This document shows, piece by piece, positions 1 through 12,929 of a DNA stretch of 64,000 nt (positions within the stretch are counted from its first letter, which is position 1; each line of letters starts with the position of its first letter). The notes below the pieces were generated by a model. That model made no database searches, was not told where the DNA came from, and worked only from the letters and a program-made list of their open reading frames with translations. Source of the stretch: Utricularia gibba. Taxonomy: Eukaryota; Plantae; Magnoliophyta. The stretch is from NCBI GenBank assembly GCA_002189035.1, contig NEEC01000030.1, positions 248,001 through 312,000 on the forward strand, given 5' to 3'. Both the position numbers and the translations under genes were made by a program.

Positions 1-803
1 CATAAGGTGACCTTGCTTAGATTCTATGGTCTAGAGAGCCACCTCCAGCTACATAATCGCAAACTCAAGTCATATATAACATAATATATCATGCATTTCT
101 TGCATAACCTTCATACTTTTTGGTCTTACACTTATACATGATACCTAAGACATGGCTGACATATTAGCCGTAGTGCTCATGATACAATCACATTGATGAA
201 GATATGCATCCATTCCTTCTTCATTCTTTCCTATCTTGTTTATCACATATTACATAAAAATACATACTGCACGTACTATAACAAAGACATGCCATCTTGA
301 AAGCAATAGAGGTGGCTATCCTTAGTAAAGAGAATCATATTTTTGGAACTTGAAAATTTTTTTTCTGAAATAACATGAAATCATAGTAGTTCCATTAAAA
401 ACATCATAGCTTACTCCCTCATTAGAATTTTTGTGTAATTTAAGAAGTTTCAGAAAGTAGATGCAAAAAGCTAAGATTGATACAATCAAAATCAATTCAA
501 AGTAATGGAAATCAAATAGATACATAAATTTTTATAAATCAACTTTAAAGACAAACAAAGCATCAAAAGCAATCATCCTACTTATCTTAACACCTTAGAC
601 TTCAAACTAACTTTAAACCTTCATTTACTAAAGTATTGTTACCTTTTCTTCCAATTTCTCCTCACCTTTGCAAAATTCGAAAATGAGTGAAAGAACCCTA
701 AATTGTATCATATATATCTCATTCTACATCTCATCTTTATTTTACGTACAACATTTAGTACACACACAAGATGTAGCGCACATGCAAGATCAATATGTGG
801 CAC

Positions 804-3447
804 TAATAAACGGAAATTTTCTAATATCGTTGTAATAAAAATAGAAATCCGTTATCAAATAAATTTATAATCCCTAATCCTCACAAAATACAAATTAATC
901 ATAAAGTATATAGTGGAATTCGGGGTCGATCACAAGGAGCTTGTGCTTGTCATGTATTTCAACAGATGAACAAATTCAAGGTAATGGCTAGTCTTAGTCT
1001 AAGCTCGAACCAATAGTGGTAAACAAATTCAGTAAACAAATTCAGTAAACAAAATCAGTAAACAATATTAGCTCTTAACGCTAAACTAACGGGTATTGGT
1101 TCTAACTCAGAATAATACTAAGGTGCCTTAAGGATCTACAGATGATGTGGTGCCAAAATTCCTAATTCAATCTACCTGTTCCTTCTTAGTGTATGTGTTC
1201 TAGAGACTATCAACTCATTGGCAAATCTTATCCTTTGATGTTTACCTTGAATTGTGATCAAGTTTACATCATTGATAAAATCCTCCACTTGATCTATGTG
1301 CTATAGAAATGTTGATGAGATTAAGCTTAGACTTGAGATCAACAAAGTTATCTTGATCTTAAGCTCACATTTTCGCTCATTACTAATGGGAGCCTAACCA
1401 TGGCTTGCCTAGTATGGATGAGTAGGGATGTGACTCCTTAAGGTTGGAGATAGTTGATTGATCAATAAAGGATTCATCACTCATGTTAGCGATGAGATCA
1501 TATCTCAAGTAATTGCATCAAAGCCTAGCAGTAAGTCCTGGGCCTAGGGTAATGACACTCGAATTGTTTGAGTAGGTCATTGAGTGTTAGTGCTTGAATG
1601 CAATTATAAGTTCGATACATCAGAAAGACACACACCCATGTTCTAGTATCGAATGAGATATAAGTATGATGAAAGCTGTTCATTGCATGGTGGCTGATCA
1701 TGGAAAGGCTCAATCAGTTCACCTGATTATTCTTACATCTTGGGGATCATGATATGTTGCTAGACATCACTCATGATCGATAATGATGGATTTGATTAAT
1801 TAAGAGTTAATTAATAAATCCATTATTACGGCCTTGGTTGAAGAAGCCTATAGGGTCACGCACAATAGTGGAGTCACTCAACGATATAAAATAGAATGAC
1901 ACAATTACATGAGATGTAATTGGTAAAGTGGATAAATTAAATTGAGAGTTATTTTGAGATTAATATTGATTAAACTCAAAATAAAAGATCATATATAGAT
2001 AAGATTTGGAACATATACATATCTCCACAAGATAAGATCTTTACGGAGATATGATTTGATATGTTACCATATATCTATAAAAAAGATTTAGATCTTTAGA
2101 TCTGCTCCAAAGATTTTCGTGCTCTCTGAGACTGATCCACAAGGAGGCGTTTTTTCTCTACTAGCACCTGAGGAATTCGATCAGCATTCAAGAGCCTTGA
2201 GAAGGTTATCGACGGAGTGCTCCACGTGTGGATACCATAGAGGCCGTCTGCTATTGGCGGTTGGTGAACAACGGAGTCATCTGAAAGGTACTTTGAACAT
2301 CCATATGTCTGATGTATATTCCAAGATCTACGTTAGGGATTTCTCAAAATTTTTAAAATTCCGCAGCTTTTGAGACATACGATGTCTACAAGAAACCCAA
2401 CATTCCTACACTCACAATTTCAAATAACCTAAGTCTACCCAGGTCCTTCATCATATTTTCGGCCAAGCTAGTCCTCCATATCATCACCAACCTTACAATT
2501 AGGTCTACGCGTATGCAAAACATATAGAACTAGGTTTACCCGGTTCTACGGGTTCTAACCCGGACTAACACCTATTGTTCCCGTCTTGATTTGTTGGTCT
2601 ACCTCTAAATCAAGCATCTAAGTTGTGAAGCTACTTGTTCCCCTCCTTAGGTCTACCCATGGTTTGATAAAAACAAGGGCTAAGAAACAATGATCAATCT
2701 TATTAAAACTCCTAGACCCACACTACCATGCTTCACCTTAAAGCACTCCTAGGGTTTAGCTAGTCATGCTTTAAAGGTAAAAAATGATGGCATTAACATA
2801 AAACAACGAAAATGTTGAGAACATCGTGCAGAAGTTTGGTGCACAAAATAAAGATATCAACAAACTAAAAGAAAGCAATAGAGTTCTGGTTTCCATCTGC
2901 TACTGTTCACAGTCCGGAACAGTAGCGCTGAACTGGATCTTGATCTTCTTCCTTCAAGCTGGAGGTTCTTCTGCAGAAAAAAATCTCTTTTCTTCCTCCT
3001 TCTCCTTCAGTATGCTTTTTGTTCGTGTGGGGGAGAATTCCCCTCGTGTGTGTTCTCAAAATTCTGGTTGCACCCCCCTTTTTACGACTCTCTCTCCTTC
3101 TCCTCTTTGTCTCACCTCCCACTGTCCAAGGCAAGTACATTCTCTGACAAATCTGCTGCTCCTGGCCCTAACTTGCAGACTGCCATCATGACAATGTACT
3201 CATTGCCCCCTAAACCTGGTGACTTGCACGAAATCCAGATTTTTCCTTGATTCTTGGGTAGCTGCTAGACTCTAAAATCGGGTTAGACATGGGGTGGGCT
3301 AAATCAAAGGATTTAGCCCACTAATACAAAAATCATATTTTTTTCCTAATCAAATAAAAATACTTAAAACTATAAAATTAACACTTAAATATAACAAAAA
3401 ATTTATGATTTTTCATATCTTAAAACATGAAAATTTGTGTGTTATCA
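804..3447 (-). repeat. 3' LTR of the Athila element, interrupted by a solo LTR at 1184-2402
   Basis: taataaacggaaatt...aaatttgtgtgttatca matches tgataaacggaaatt...aaatttgtgtgctatca at 11583-12929 once the nested insert is removed. Confidence 0.93.
1184..2402 (+). mobile_element. Solo LTR, probably Ty1/copia Angela-like, nested in the Athila 3' LTR
   Basis: TSD TTCCT at 1179-1183 and 2403-2407. Absent from the sister LTR. Reverse-complement homolog of 37110-38590. Termini tcttagtgtatgtgttctag...cccaaca. The Angela assignment rests only on the recalled terminal motif. Confidence 0.85.
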
Positions 3448-4360
3448 CACTATGTTACAACGACACTAGACTTGTCCCCAAGTCCTACCTAAGACTAATA
3501 GAAAACCGGTTCCTTCAGCATTAGCGATAAACATAAACAACTGAGAATAAATATCGGTACATGAGCTACAAAAGTGCAAAAGTGCATGTCATTTCATCGC
3601 TCAAATATGCATGAGTAGATTCCTCTTGAGGAGTGTTTTCGAAGATCATACCTTATAGAATTGATCCCTCCAAAGTTACTTAAGGTCACAGTTGCCAATC
3701 CATTTTAGTTCTCTCTTTTTTTTCTTCTTTTTTTTGAGTAGTGAAGGGGCAGCTTGTTCCAGACTAATCCGGGCATAATGTGATTGCCTTTTTTTTCATT
3801 AGAGTGTTGGCCAAGCACTCATACCTTATAACACCAAGCTCCTCCGTACCGTCTTTCCCTGCTCACCCTTTCACTACTTATTGAGTCCACACATGCTCTT
3901 TTAATATGTGCTGCTTTTTAGGACTTGGGTTTCAATTTTTTTTCTTTTTTTTTGTTTTCGACCCTTCATTCACCTTTCTGTTTTTTTTTTTTTTGGTTGG
4001 CACCCTGTTCCATAGTGACAATGAAGTTCAACAACTCATATAAACATTGATCTAGATTACACTCCTTAGATTCCTCTAGTCATACACATGCTCTCATAAA
4101 ATAAAAAGATGAAAACATGCTCACGGGTATCAGAAAGGTCTACAAAACTCATGCAACAAAATTCGTCTAGCAGCTATAGTGTTCAATCACTTAGCCATCG
4201 GAAATAGTTTGCTGCTACTAAACGAAACCTATGGTAAACACGACTCTAAGTCTAGACTTAGACTAATAGATACCATTCCTAGACGTAAACACAATCCTAA
4301 ACATGAAAATAAAACAAAAAAAAATAAAAGCCTACTATACTAAATCATCATTGCAACAAG

Positions 4361-6236
4361 TTACTTGTTCAGGGAGGCGTCGGCCACTCCCTGTTTCAAC
4401 TCTGTAATCACTCGAATGAAATCTGAAATTTCGTCGCTCATCACCTCCAAGATTTCTGGGCAGTAGCAGCATTTTTCCTCTTGAGCTGAGGTTGAGGATG
4501 ATGGAGCAGCAGTGTCTCCCTTCTTCTTCCTTGGGATGACACTACCTTTCAGCCCTGCCAATGATCTGAAAACAAACCCACTTCCTTGGGCTTTGATTAG
4601 TCCAGCAACTTTTAAAGAATATGCATCTAGTGGTACTGTCTTAGTCTCAACATGGAAGAATTAAAGTTCAAACAGCTTTTCAGGGCAAAGAGTATGAACA
4701 AGATGCGTAACAATATGACCAAAGCTTAGTTGCTGAATTTTAGTATGCCTATAATCCCTATTCATTTGTTCAGCAAGCATTGCACCTAAGTTAAGACTGC
4801 TTATTCATAATGCACCACAACACAAATAATTCACGTTTATAAAGAGCATTAAATCCAATATTTTTTCCGAAAAGAGTTTTAGTGACTAACATATGAACCT
4901 AATGCATGAACGGATCAACAAACAATTCAGATTTCGTTCCTTTTGCCTTAAATTCAATGACATGCTGATCAGTTAAAATTCCATAAAATTCTTCAGCATC
5001 AAAGTCTGCTGGATAATCGAATAAAGAAGCACCAAAATCATGCGAATCTACTTGCTTTTTCGAGCAAAAACCAAGGGCAACATTCCACTCAGCCAATGAA
5101 AATGAAAATTCAGTGCCCATCAAACGAAAGCAAACAGTAGTAGGTTCCAAAACACTTTCTGGAATTTTGTATGTAAAAGTGGAAACAAATTCATATGATA
5201 GTTCCACATATGCAGGAAGTTTTAACTCAAATAAAATCATAAAGGAAGAATTCTCAAACATGGTGTAAACCTTGTCTACTATGTTCAACTCAACAAGAAT
5301 TTCAAAATCAATATGACGGCAGGGTAATACCTTAGCACCTTTTTCCTCTCCATACCTATCCACATGTTCTACTGTTTCAAACTTAAGGTATTTTTCGTTT
5401 AACATATCCGCATGGTGCTTAAAGTAAGGGATTCCCTTTACGGTCATTTGTCGTTGGAACCGCTCCCTTTCCACTGTGAATCTCCCTGCATTCATGAACA
5501 TAGGGACTAATTTTGGGAGAAATTTCCCTACCTTCTCCATCCCTTCTTGCTCCTCTTTAGTTGTGCTCGCGGCAATTTCTGCAGGTGGAGTTCCCTGTTC
5601 TTTCTGGCCTCGGACTAGTGGCTGCACACCCTGTTCGTCCGTTTCTTGTGCATGCCCAGTTTCATTTTTATCTCGAGCCTCCTCTTGATTTTTCTCTTCC
5701 TGAATTTCATTTCCAGCCTCAAGCTCTTCCTCTGCTGCCTCTTCTTCATTTCTGGAAATTTCCACATTTTCCTCCACGGCGGGCATCACTTGTTTTTCGG
5801 GTGCAATAGATTCCTTCTCAGGCGCAGATTCCATCAGTGGTTCCTTCTGCTTTTTCTTTCCATGTTTCTTCCCCTTCCTCTTAGGTGAGACCTGCGGCTC
5901 TGTTTCTGGTTTTTCCGCTGGAGCTTTTCTCTTTTAGTAAGTTCCTTGCATGTCCTTCAATCGTTGCTGCAGACTGGTGTGTTTCAATTTGGTGGCTGGG
6001 TCTTTCCGCTTTTTCCATGTAGAGGACTCTCCAACCTCCGTTGTCTGAGGGATCACGTCTGCTTCTTGAGGATTCTCTGTTGTGGCAGCAATAGGCTGAA
6101 TCACATTTTCTTGGGTCGGAGCAACAGTGGTGGATGCTTCAGCATCTCCCGTTCCTTCCCTCGTCTGTTCGTTTTGCGTCTTTTTCCGGCCAATCTTCTC
6201 TTTTGCGGCATTCTTTGTGCTTCGGATCACCGGCAT
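4361..6236 (-). pseudogene. Athila env-like / ATHILA ORF-1-type ORF, broken by a frameshift and stops
   Basis: Lies downstream of pol. ORF pieces 5934-6236 (MPVIRSTK...), 4899-5834 (E/K-rich N-part, then YEFVSTF and FRLMGTEFSFSLAEWNVALG) and 4361-4561. The intervening sequence reads LWCIMNK...GHIVTHL...LDAYSLKVAGLI, the motif pattern of Athila ORF1/env-like proteins. Confidence 0.7.
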
Positions 6237-6515
6237 CGTGTTTCTATTGCTGTAATTTTTCACAGAAAAATCGCAGTAGAATTGGTAAAGTGAAAAATAG
6301 TAACTGTTCCTCAAAGTACTTTCAAGCAGCAGGGGTATTTTTGTCATTCTTCTCCGGTACAACTTCCCACTCATCTCAACGGTCTGATTTTTGTAACTCC
6401 CCTTCAATAACTCCTCACCTAAATCAATTTCCCAACAGCACAAAATACGGAGAAAAATTCTAAAATAACAACATTAAACTAAAATTAAAATGCTGAAATT
6501 AAAAACTTAACCATG

Positions 6516-6548
6516 GATTGCCTCCCATAGGCGCCCTTGTTTATAGTC
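6516..6548 (-). other. Conserved Athila motif just downstream of pol
   Basis: The - strand reads gactataaacaagggcgcctatgggaggcaatcc, similar to the AAACAAGCGCT..GGGAGGCAACCC motif I recall between pol and env in Athila elements. Confidence 0.6.
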
Positions 6549-6579
6549 TTGAACCTGACTTCTCGTGTGGCTACGTTTC

Positions 6580-9500
6580 TGGGGCATCCATCAACTTTCA
6601 TAAAAAATTTTCAAGCGATGCCCATTTACCAAAAATCCTTTGTTTGAGTCTCCATCAAATATCTCCACGGCACCATTTGGAAAAATTTCTTTCACAACAA
6701 AAGGCCCTATTCATCTTGATTTCAGCTTCCCAGGATGCAATTTCAACCTGGATTGAAATAATAAAACCTTCTGGCCAATCTTGAAATTTCTCCTGGATAT
6801 ATGTGTATCGTGATAGCTCTTAGTCCGAGCCTTGAATAGTTTTGTGCTCTCGTACGCGTCATTTCTCAACTCCTCTAGTTTTGAAAGTTGGAGCTTCCTA
6901 TGGCTTGCACTCAAGTCTCCATCCAAGTTCAACTTCTTCACAGCCCACCAAGCCTTGTTCTTAAGAGCTGCTGGTAGTCTACAAGGCTTCCCATAGACCA
7001 ACCGAAATGGTGAGGTCCCAATGGGAGTCTTGTATGCTGTTCTTATGGCCCAAAGTGCATCCTTTAACCTCATGCTTCAGTCCTTCCTGCTTGGGTTCAC
7101 AACTTTCTCTAGAATTTGTTTGATTTCCCTGTTGGAGACTTCAGTTTGTCCATTGGTTTGTGGATGGTACGCAGTAGAGGGCTTGTACCAAACATTGAAA
7201 TGCTTCAAAACACTCCTTAAGGCCTGATTGTAAAAATGGGTTCCCCTATCACTGATCAGTGCCTTAGGAGTTCCATATCTCGTGAAGATGTTGTTGCGCA
7301 AGAAATTAATCATAGTCTTCGCATCATCAGTCCGTGTAGGGACTACCTCAATCCATTTGGACACATAATCAACCGCAACCAAAATATAATTGTAACCTGC
7401 TGAAGTAGGAAACACTTCAATAAAATCTATACCCCATACATCAAATAATTCACATACCAGGATTCCTTGCTGAGACATTTCGTTTTTTGTTTGATAAATT
7501 TCCTACTCTTTGGCATGGTTCACAACCTTTGCAATAGGCGCAACAGTCTCTGAAAATGTGAGGCGAATAAAACCCGTAGTCTAGAATTTTTCTTGCTGTT
7601 CTATTTGGCTCATGATGGCCACCAAAAGGTCCTACATGAAAAGAATTACTTATTTTTGGAATTTCATCTTCATGAACTCACCTTCGAATGACGCCATCAT
7701 TGCATCTCTTCCATAAATATGGATCATCCCATATGTAGTATTTGACATCACTCTTAAGCTTGTTCCTCGCATGATAGTCCATTGCAGGTGGTATCACTCC
7801 TGTAGAAACAAAATTTGCAAGGTCAGCAAACCACGATTCACTTATACTAGTCCGAACTGAGAATAGCTGTTCGTCCAAAAGCGTTTCAGTGATGATTCCA
7901 TCTCCTTCACTTCCTTCAATTCTGCTGAGATGATCAGCCACAAGGTTCTCCCTTCCAGGCCTGTCCTTTATCTCAACATCAAACTCTTGAACAAGAAGGA
8001 CCCATCTAATAAGTCTTGGTTTGGAGTCCTTCTTCTCCATCAAGTGCTTCACTGCTGAATGATCAGTGTATACCACCACTTTGCTACCTAAAAGATAAGA
8101 ACGAAATTTTTCCAAGGCAAAAATAACAGCAAGGAATTCCCTTTCAATGATGGTATAATTTTTCTGGGCTTCATCCAAAGTGAAGCATAAGAGATAACAT
8201 GGTGCTTTCCTTCAATTTTCTGTCCCAGAAAAGCACCCACAACATGATTACTTGCATCACACATGATCTCAAAATTATATTTCCAACTAGGTGGTTGCAT
8301 CAAAGGTGTGGTAGTAACAGCCTTTTTCAAAGAATTAAAAGCATGCTTACATGAGTCATCAAAATCAAAGGTACCATCATTATGCAACAACCTACTAAGA
8401 GGCAAGGCAATTTTCGAAAAATTCTTAATAAACCTCCTATAAAAACCAACATGTCCTAAAAATGATCTAATACCTTTCACATCAATGGGATAAGGAAGCT
8501 CAGACAGAATCTCAATTTTTGCCTTATCTACCTCAATCCCTTTTTTAGAAATCACATGTCCTAAAGCAATTCCATGATCCACCATAAAATTACATTTTTC
8601 AGAATTTAAAACCAAATTTTTCTCAATACATTTCTTCAAAACTTGATCTAAATGGTCTAAGCATGACTCAAAATTTTCTCCATATACCGTAAAATCATCC
8701 ATAAATATTTCAATAAAATCATCACCAAAATTAGAGAAAATACTGGTCATACACCTCTGAAAGGTGGCTTGGGCATTACACAATCCGAAAGGCATCCTCC
8801 TATAAGCATAAGTTCCGAATGGGCACGTGAAGGTTGTCTTGTCTTGGTTCTGCTCTGAAATAGGAATTTGATTATATCTAGAATATGCATCTAAAAAACA
8901 ATAAAACGATTTTCCAGCCAATTTTTCCAACATCTGATCAATAAAAGGCAAAGGATAATGGTCTTTCTTTGTCACTTCATTTAATTTTCCATAATCAATG
9001 AAAACGCGCCATCCATTTTGCACCCTTTGTGGAACAAGCTCGCCTTTCTCATTTTCTACCATAGTCATCCCTGTCTTCTTCGGCACCACGTGAATGGGGC
9101 TCACCCATTCACTATCTGTGATATAGTAAATAATCCCTGCATCATGGAGTTTAACAATTTCTTTTCTTACCACCTCCATCATGTTTGGGTTGAGGCTTCT
9201 TTGAGGCTGACGAACTCATTTTGCACCATCCTCCAGAAATATTCTATGCATGCATATGGATGTGCAGATCCCCTCAATGTCATCAAGCATCTAACCTATT
9301 GCCTTCTTGTTTCTATTCAGAACCTCAAGCAGTTGTGATTCTTGGTATTGAGCTTAGACCAGTGGAGATGATGATAGGATTCCTGAACTTCGCGTCAAGA
9401 AAAACATATTTTAAATGATTAGGCAATGATTTCAATTCAGTTAACCTCTCTTCATAAGTCTTGGCTTGCACCATATCTAATTGCTCGAATTTTTCTTCAG

Positions 9501-10082
9501 CTTCAAATTTTGCAAATAAAGATTCTTCATGAACCTCTTCTTTTTCTTGAATTTCTTTCTTCCAGTGCTCCTCAATGAGTCCATCCATGACATCCACAGC
9601 ACAAATGCTCTCAAAATCACAGGGATAATTCTTCACTTCCTTCCTGTCGAGTGTGATTTTGTCTTCATCAAAAGAAAGCTCAATGGTTCCCATCTTCACG
9701 TTGATGATAGCGTTTGAAGTGCTCAAGAATGGTCTCCCCAAGATAGTGGTCGTGTCTTTTGATCCGCCAGTGGGCATGTTTACCACATAAAAATCAGTTG
9801 GGAACACCAGATGCTCAATTTTCACCAAGACATCCTCTACCAAGCCATTGGGAGAATTACTCTCCTATCCGCTAACTCAATTTGCACACCCGATGCTTGC
9901 TAAGGTCCCAACCTGAGTGCCTCATAAACAGAATTCAACATGACATTTATAGAAGCTCCCAGGTCTGCCATGGCTCTCTTGATGCACAAATCTCCTATTT
10001 TGCATGTGATAAAAAGCGTACCCAGAACCTTGTGCTTTTCGGGTAGTTTCCAAGTGAGAAGTGCTGAGTAGCTTTCACTCAA
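6580..10082 (-). pseudogene. Athila pol (protease, RT, RNase H, integrase), fragmented; left boundary approximate
   Basis: AMADLGASINVM (aspartic protease). WVSPIHVVPKK and EIFMDDFTVYG (RT). EIMCDAS and [16 protein letters not shown] (RH). HHCC zinc finger at about 7500-7640. [22 protein letters not shown] and [17 protein letters not shown] (INT). Confidence 0.95.
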
Positions 10083-10099
10083 TTCTCATCCAAGCTTCT

Positions 10100-11533
10100 C
10101 TTTTCCACTCCTAAGTGTCATGGCGCTGATGTTCGGTCCTCCACTGGAATTTGGGTTTGGCTTGGGTTGAGATGGTAAACTCCCTTTCTATTTCAGGTCT
10201 CCAAGCTCTGCTACCAACTGACTCACTTGAACCTCCAAATTCCGGATGGCTTATTGATTTTCAGCTTGATTCTTGATTGATTGCGCCATGAATGTCTTCA
10301 ACATTTCTTCCAACGAATTTCCAGAATTTCCTCCAGCATTGCCTTGATTTGAGGCTTGAAATGGCTGTTGGTTCTGTTGATTTTACCTTCAAAATGGAGG
10401 CGCTTGATAAGATCTTTGCTCCTGAAAATTTTGCTGCCCCACAGTTGAGCCTTCTCCTTTGTAAGAATTTTTGTTGTTGCTCCAACGAAAATTTGGATGA
10501 TCCCTCCAGCCTGGGTTGGAAGTATTTGAATATGGCTCCAAATATCCCATAGCCTTGACATACTCCTCCTCAAATAAATTTGGGCACTTGTCCGCAACAT
10601 GCCCTGTTCTTTGACAGTTTCCGCACGACATCTTCTTCTCCTGAATAAAAATAGCTCCTTCATCATTTCTGACATAGCAGCAACATTTTTCGTGAGTTCA
10701 TTCTCTGAAACCTTGGGCTTGCTCTCCACTTCATACACTCTCTTCTTTGAGGCTTGTCTCCTGATAATATGTCTCGAATGCTCAGCCAACTCCTCAAGCA
10801 AAGAAAGAGCTTCGGTTGGTGTCTTTTTCCTTAAAAATCCTCCTGCCGCCGAATCTACCATGGCTTGGTCAGTGCATAACAATCCATCATAGAAATACTT
10901 GACTAGAGCATTGGTCTGAAAACCATGGTGTGGGCAGGATCCCAAAAGATGATTAAATCCCTCCCAATATTCGTGCAATGATTCTCCACTCATTTGTTCA
11001 ACATCACTAATTTCTTTTCTGATTCCTTCAGCCTTGGAAGCAAGATAATATTTGCTCAAAAACATCTTCTTCATTCAAGCCCAATCGGTAATGATTCCAG
11101 GCCTTAGTGAGTTGAACCACGTTTTGGCTCCTCCTTCCAAAGTAAATTGGAAGGCTCTCAAACAAATAGAATCTTCAGTCATTCTAGCTTCCTTGAATGA
11201 TGTGCATACTGTTGTTACATTGTCTAGATACTCATAGGGATTTTCTCCAATTTTTCCATAGAACTTTGGCAAAAAATTTATCTTCGCTAGTTTCAGCTCG
11301 TTTGCTCCATCCTCTGGAAATCTGATGCACAGACCCCTGTACATATGATCAGCAGCATTCAATTCGTTCAAGGTCTTCTCTAGTTCAGCCATTATGAAAT
11401 TGTTGTTTGTCTCGGGTGGGAGTTGCCTCAATCTACTCGCTTCACTAACTCTGACCCTGTTCTTTCTGCTAGCTCTCTCAATTTCTGGGAGGAAAGTGAG
11501 ATTACCTACATCAGAAGAACATAAATGCATCAA
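10100..11533 (-). pseudogene. Athila gag, frameshifted
   Basis: ORFs 11075-11533 (LPEIERA, FYGKIGENPYEYL, LRAFQFTLEGGAKTWFNSL), 10298-11074 (QMSGESLHEYWEGF, MVDSAAGG) and 10389-10631 (CGNCQRTGHVADKC zinc-knuckle-like, YNPGWRDHPNF-like motif). Confidence 0.9.
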
Positions 11534-11561
11534 CTAAAAACACAAAACAATTACGCACCGC

Positions 11562-11579
11562 TCCCCGGCAATAGCACCA
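11562..11579 (-). other. Primer-binding site, tRNA-Asp type
   Basis: The - strand reads TGGTGCTATTGCCGGGGA, 15/18 to TGGCGCCGTTGCCGGGGA. All three differences are transitions at CpG sites. It starts 3 nt after the LTR. Confidence 0.85.
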
Positions 11580-11582
11580 ATT

Positions 11583-12929
11583 TGATAAACGGAAATTTCC
11601 TAATATCGTTGCAATAAAAATAGAAACTTGTTATCAAATAAATTTATAATCCCTAATCCTCACAAAATACAAATTAATCACAAAGTGTACAGTGGAATTC
11701 GGGGTCGATCACAAGGAGCTTGTGCTTGTCATGTATTTTAGTAGATGCAAAATTCAAGGTAATGGCCAGTCTAAGTCTAAGCTCGGACCAACAGTGGTAA
11801 ACCAGTTTGGTAAACAAGATATCAGGTCTTAACGATAAGCTAATGGGTATTGACTCTAACTCAAGATAATACTAAGGTGCCTTAAGGATCTACAGGTGGT
11901 GTGGTGCGAAAATTCCTAATTCAATCTACCATGTTCCTACACTCACAACTTCAAATAACCTAAGTCTACCCAGGTCATTCATCATATTTTTGGCCAAGCT
12001 AGTCCTCCATATCATCAACAACCTTGCAATTAGGTCTACCCGCATGCAAAGCATACACTCCTAGATTTGTTGGTCTACCTCTAAATCAAGCATCTAAGTT
12101 GTGAAGTTATTTGTTTCCCTCCTTAAGACTACCCATGGTTTGATAAAAACAAGGGCTAAGAAACAATGGTCAATTTTATTAAAACTCCTAGACATACACT
12201 ACCATGCTTCATCTTAAGGCATTTCTAGGGTTTAGCTAGTCATGCTTTAAAGGTAAAAAATGATGACAATAACATAAAACAACGAAAAATATTAAGAACA
12301 TCGTGCAGAAGTTTGGTGCAGAAACTAAAGACATCAACAAACTAAAAGAAAGCAATAGAGTTCTGGTTTCCATCTGCTACTGTTCATAGTCCGGAACAGT
12401 AGCGCTGAACTGGGTCTTGATATTCTTCCTTCAAGTTGGAGGTTCTTCTCCAGAAAAAGAAAATCATTTTTCTTCCTCCTTCTCCTTCGGTATGCTTTTT
12501 GTTCGTGTTGGGGGAGAAACCCCCTCGTGTGTGTTCTCAAAATTCTGGTTGCACTCCCCTTTTTGCGACTCTCTCTCCTTCTCCTCTTTGTCTCGCCTCC
12601 CACTGCCTAAGGCAAGTACATTTTCTGACAAATCTAATGCTCCTGGCCCTGACTTACAGACTGCCATCATGATAGTGTACTCATTGCCCCTGCACCCTGC
12701 TGACTTGAACGAAATCCAGATTTTTCATTGATTCTTGGGTTGCTGCTAGACTCCAAAATCGGGTTAGACATGGGGTGGGCTAAATCTTGATTTAGCCCAC
12801 TAATACACAAAAAATCATATTTTTTTCCTAATCAAATAAAAATACTTAAAACTATAAAATTAACACTTAAATATAACAAAAAATTTATGATTTTTCATAT
12901 TTTAAAACATGAAAATTTGTGTGCTATCA
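11583..12929 (-). repeat. 5' LTR of the Athila element (1347 bp)
   Basis: TG...CA termini, adjacent PBS, homologous to 804-3447. Confidence 0.95.

Larger units (their letters stand above)
804..12929 (-). mobile_element. Full-length, degenerate Athila-lineage Ty3/gypsy LTR retrotransposon with env-like ORF
   Basis: Two homologous LTRs (804-3447 and 11583-12929). Exact 5-bp TSD GGCAC at 799-803 and 12930-12934. tRNA-Asp-type PBS next to the right LTR. Domain order on the - strand: gag, PR, RT, RH, INT, env-like. Confidence 0.95.

Noticed and set aside
1-798. Left flank as a gene (ORF 322-525) or an assignable element
   Set aside because: No protein motif, and no homologous copy or terminus inside the window. 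Probably TE-derived, but this cannot be supported.
2826-3250. ORFs within LTRs (also 1525-1713, 12334-12731, 20464-20862, 37802-37990) as genes
   Set aside because: They lie inside repeated LTR sequence, have low complexity, and their frames are not consistently preserved between copies.
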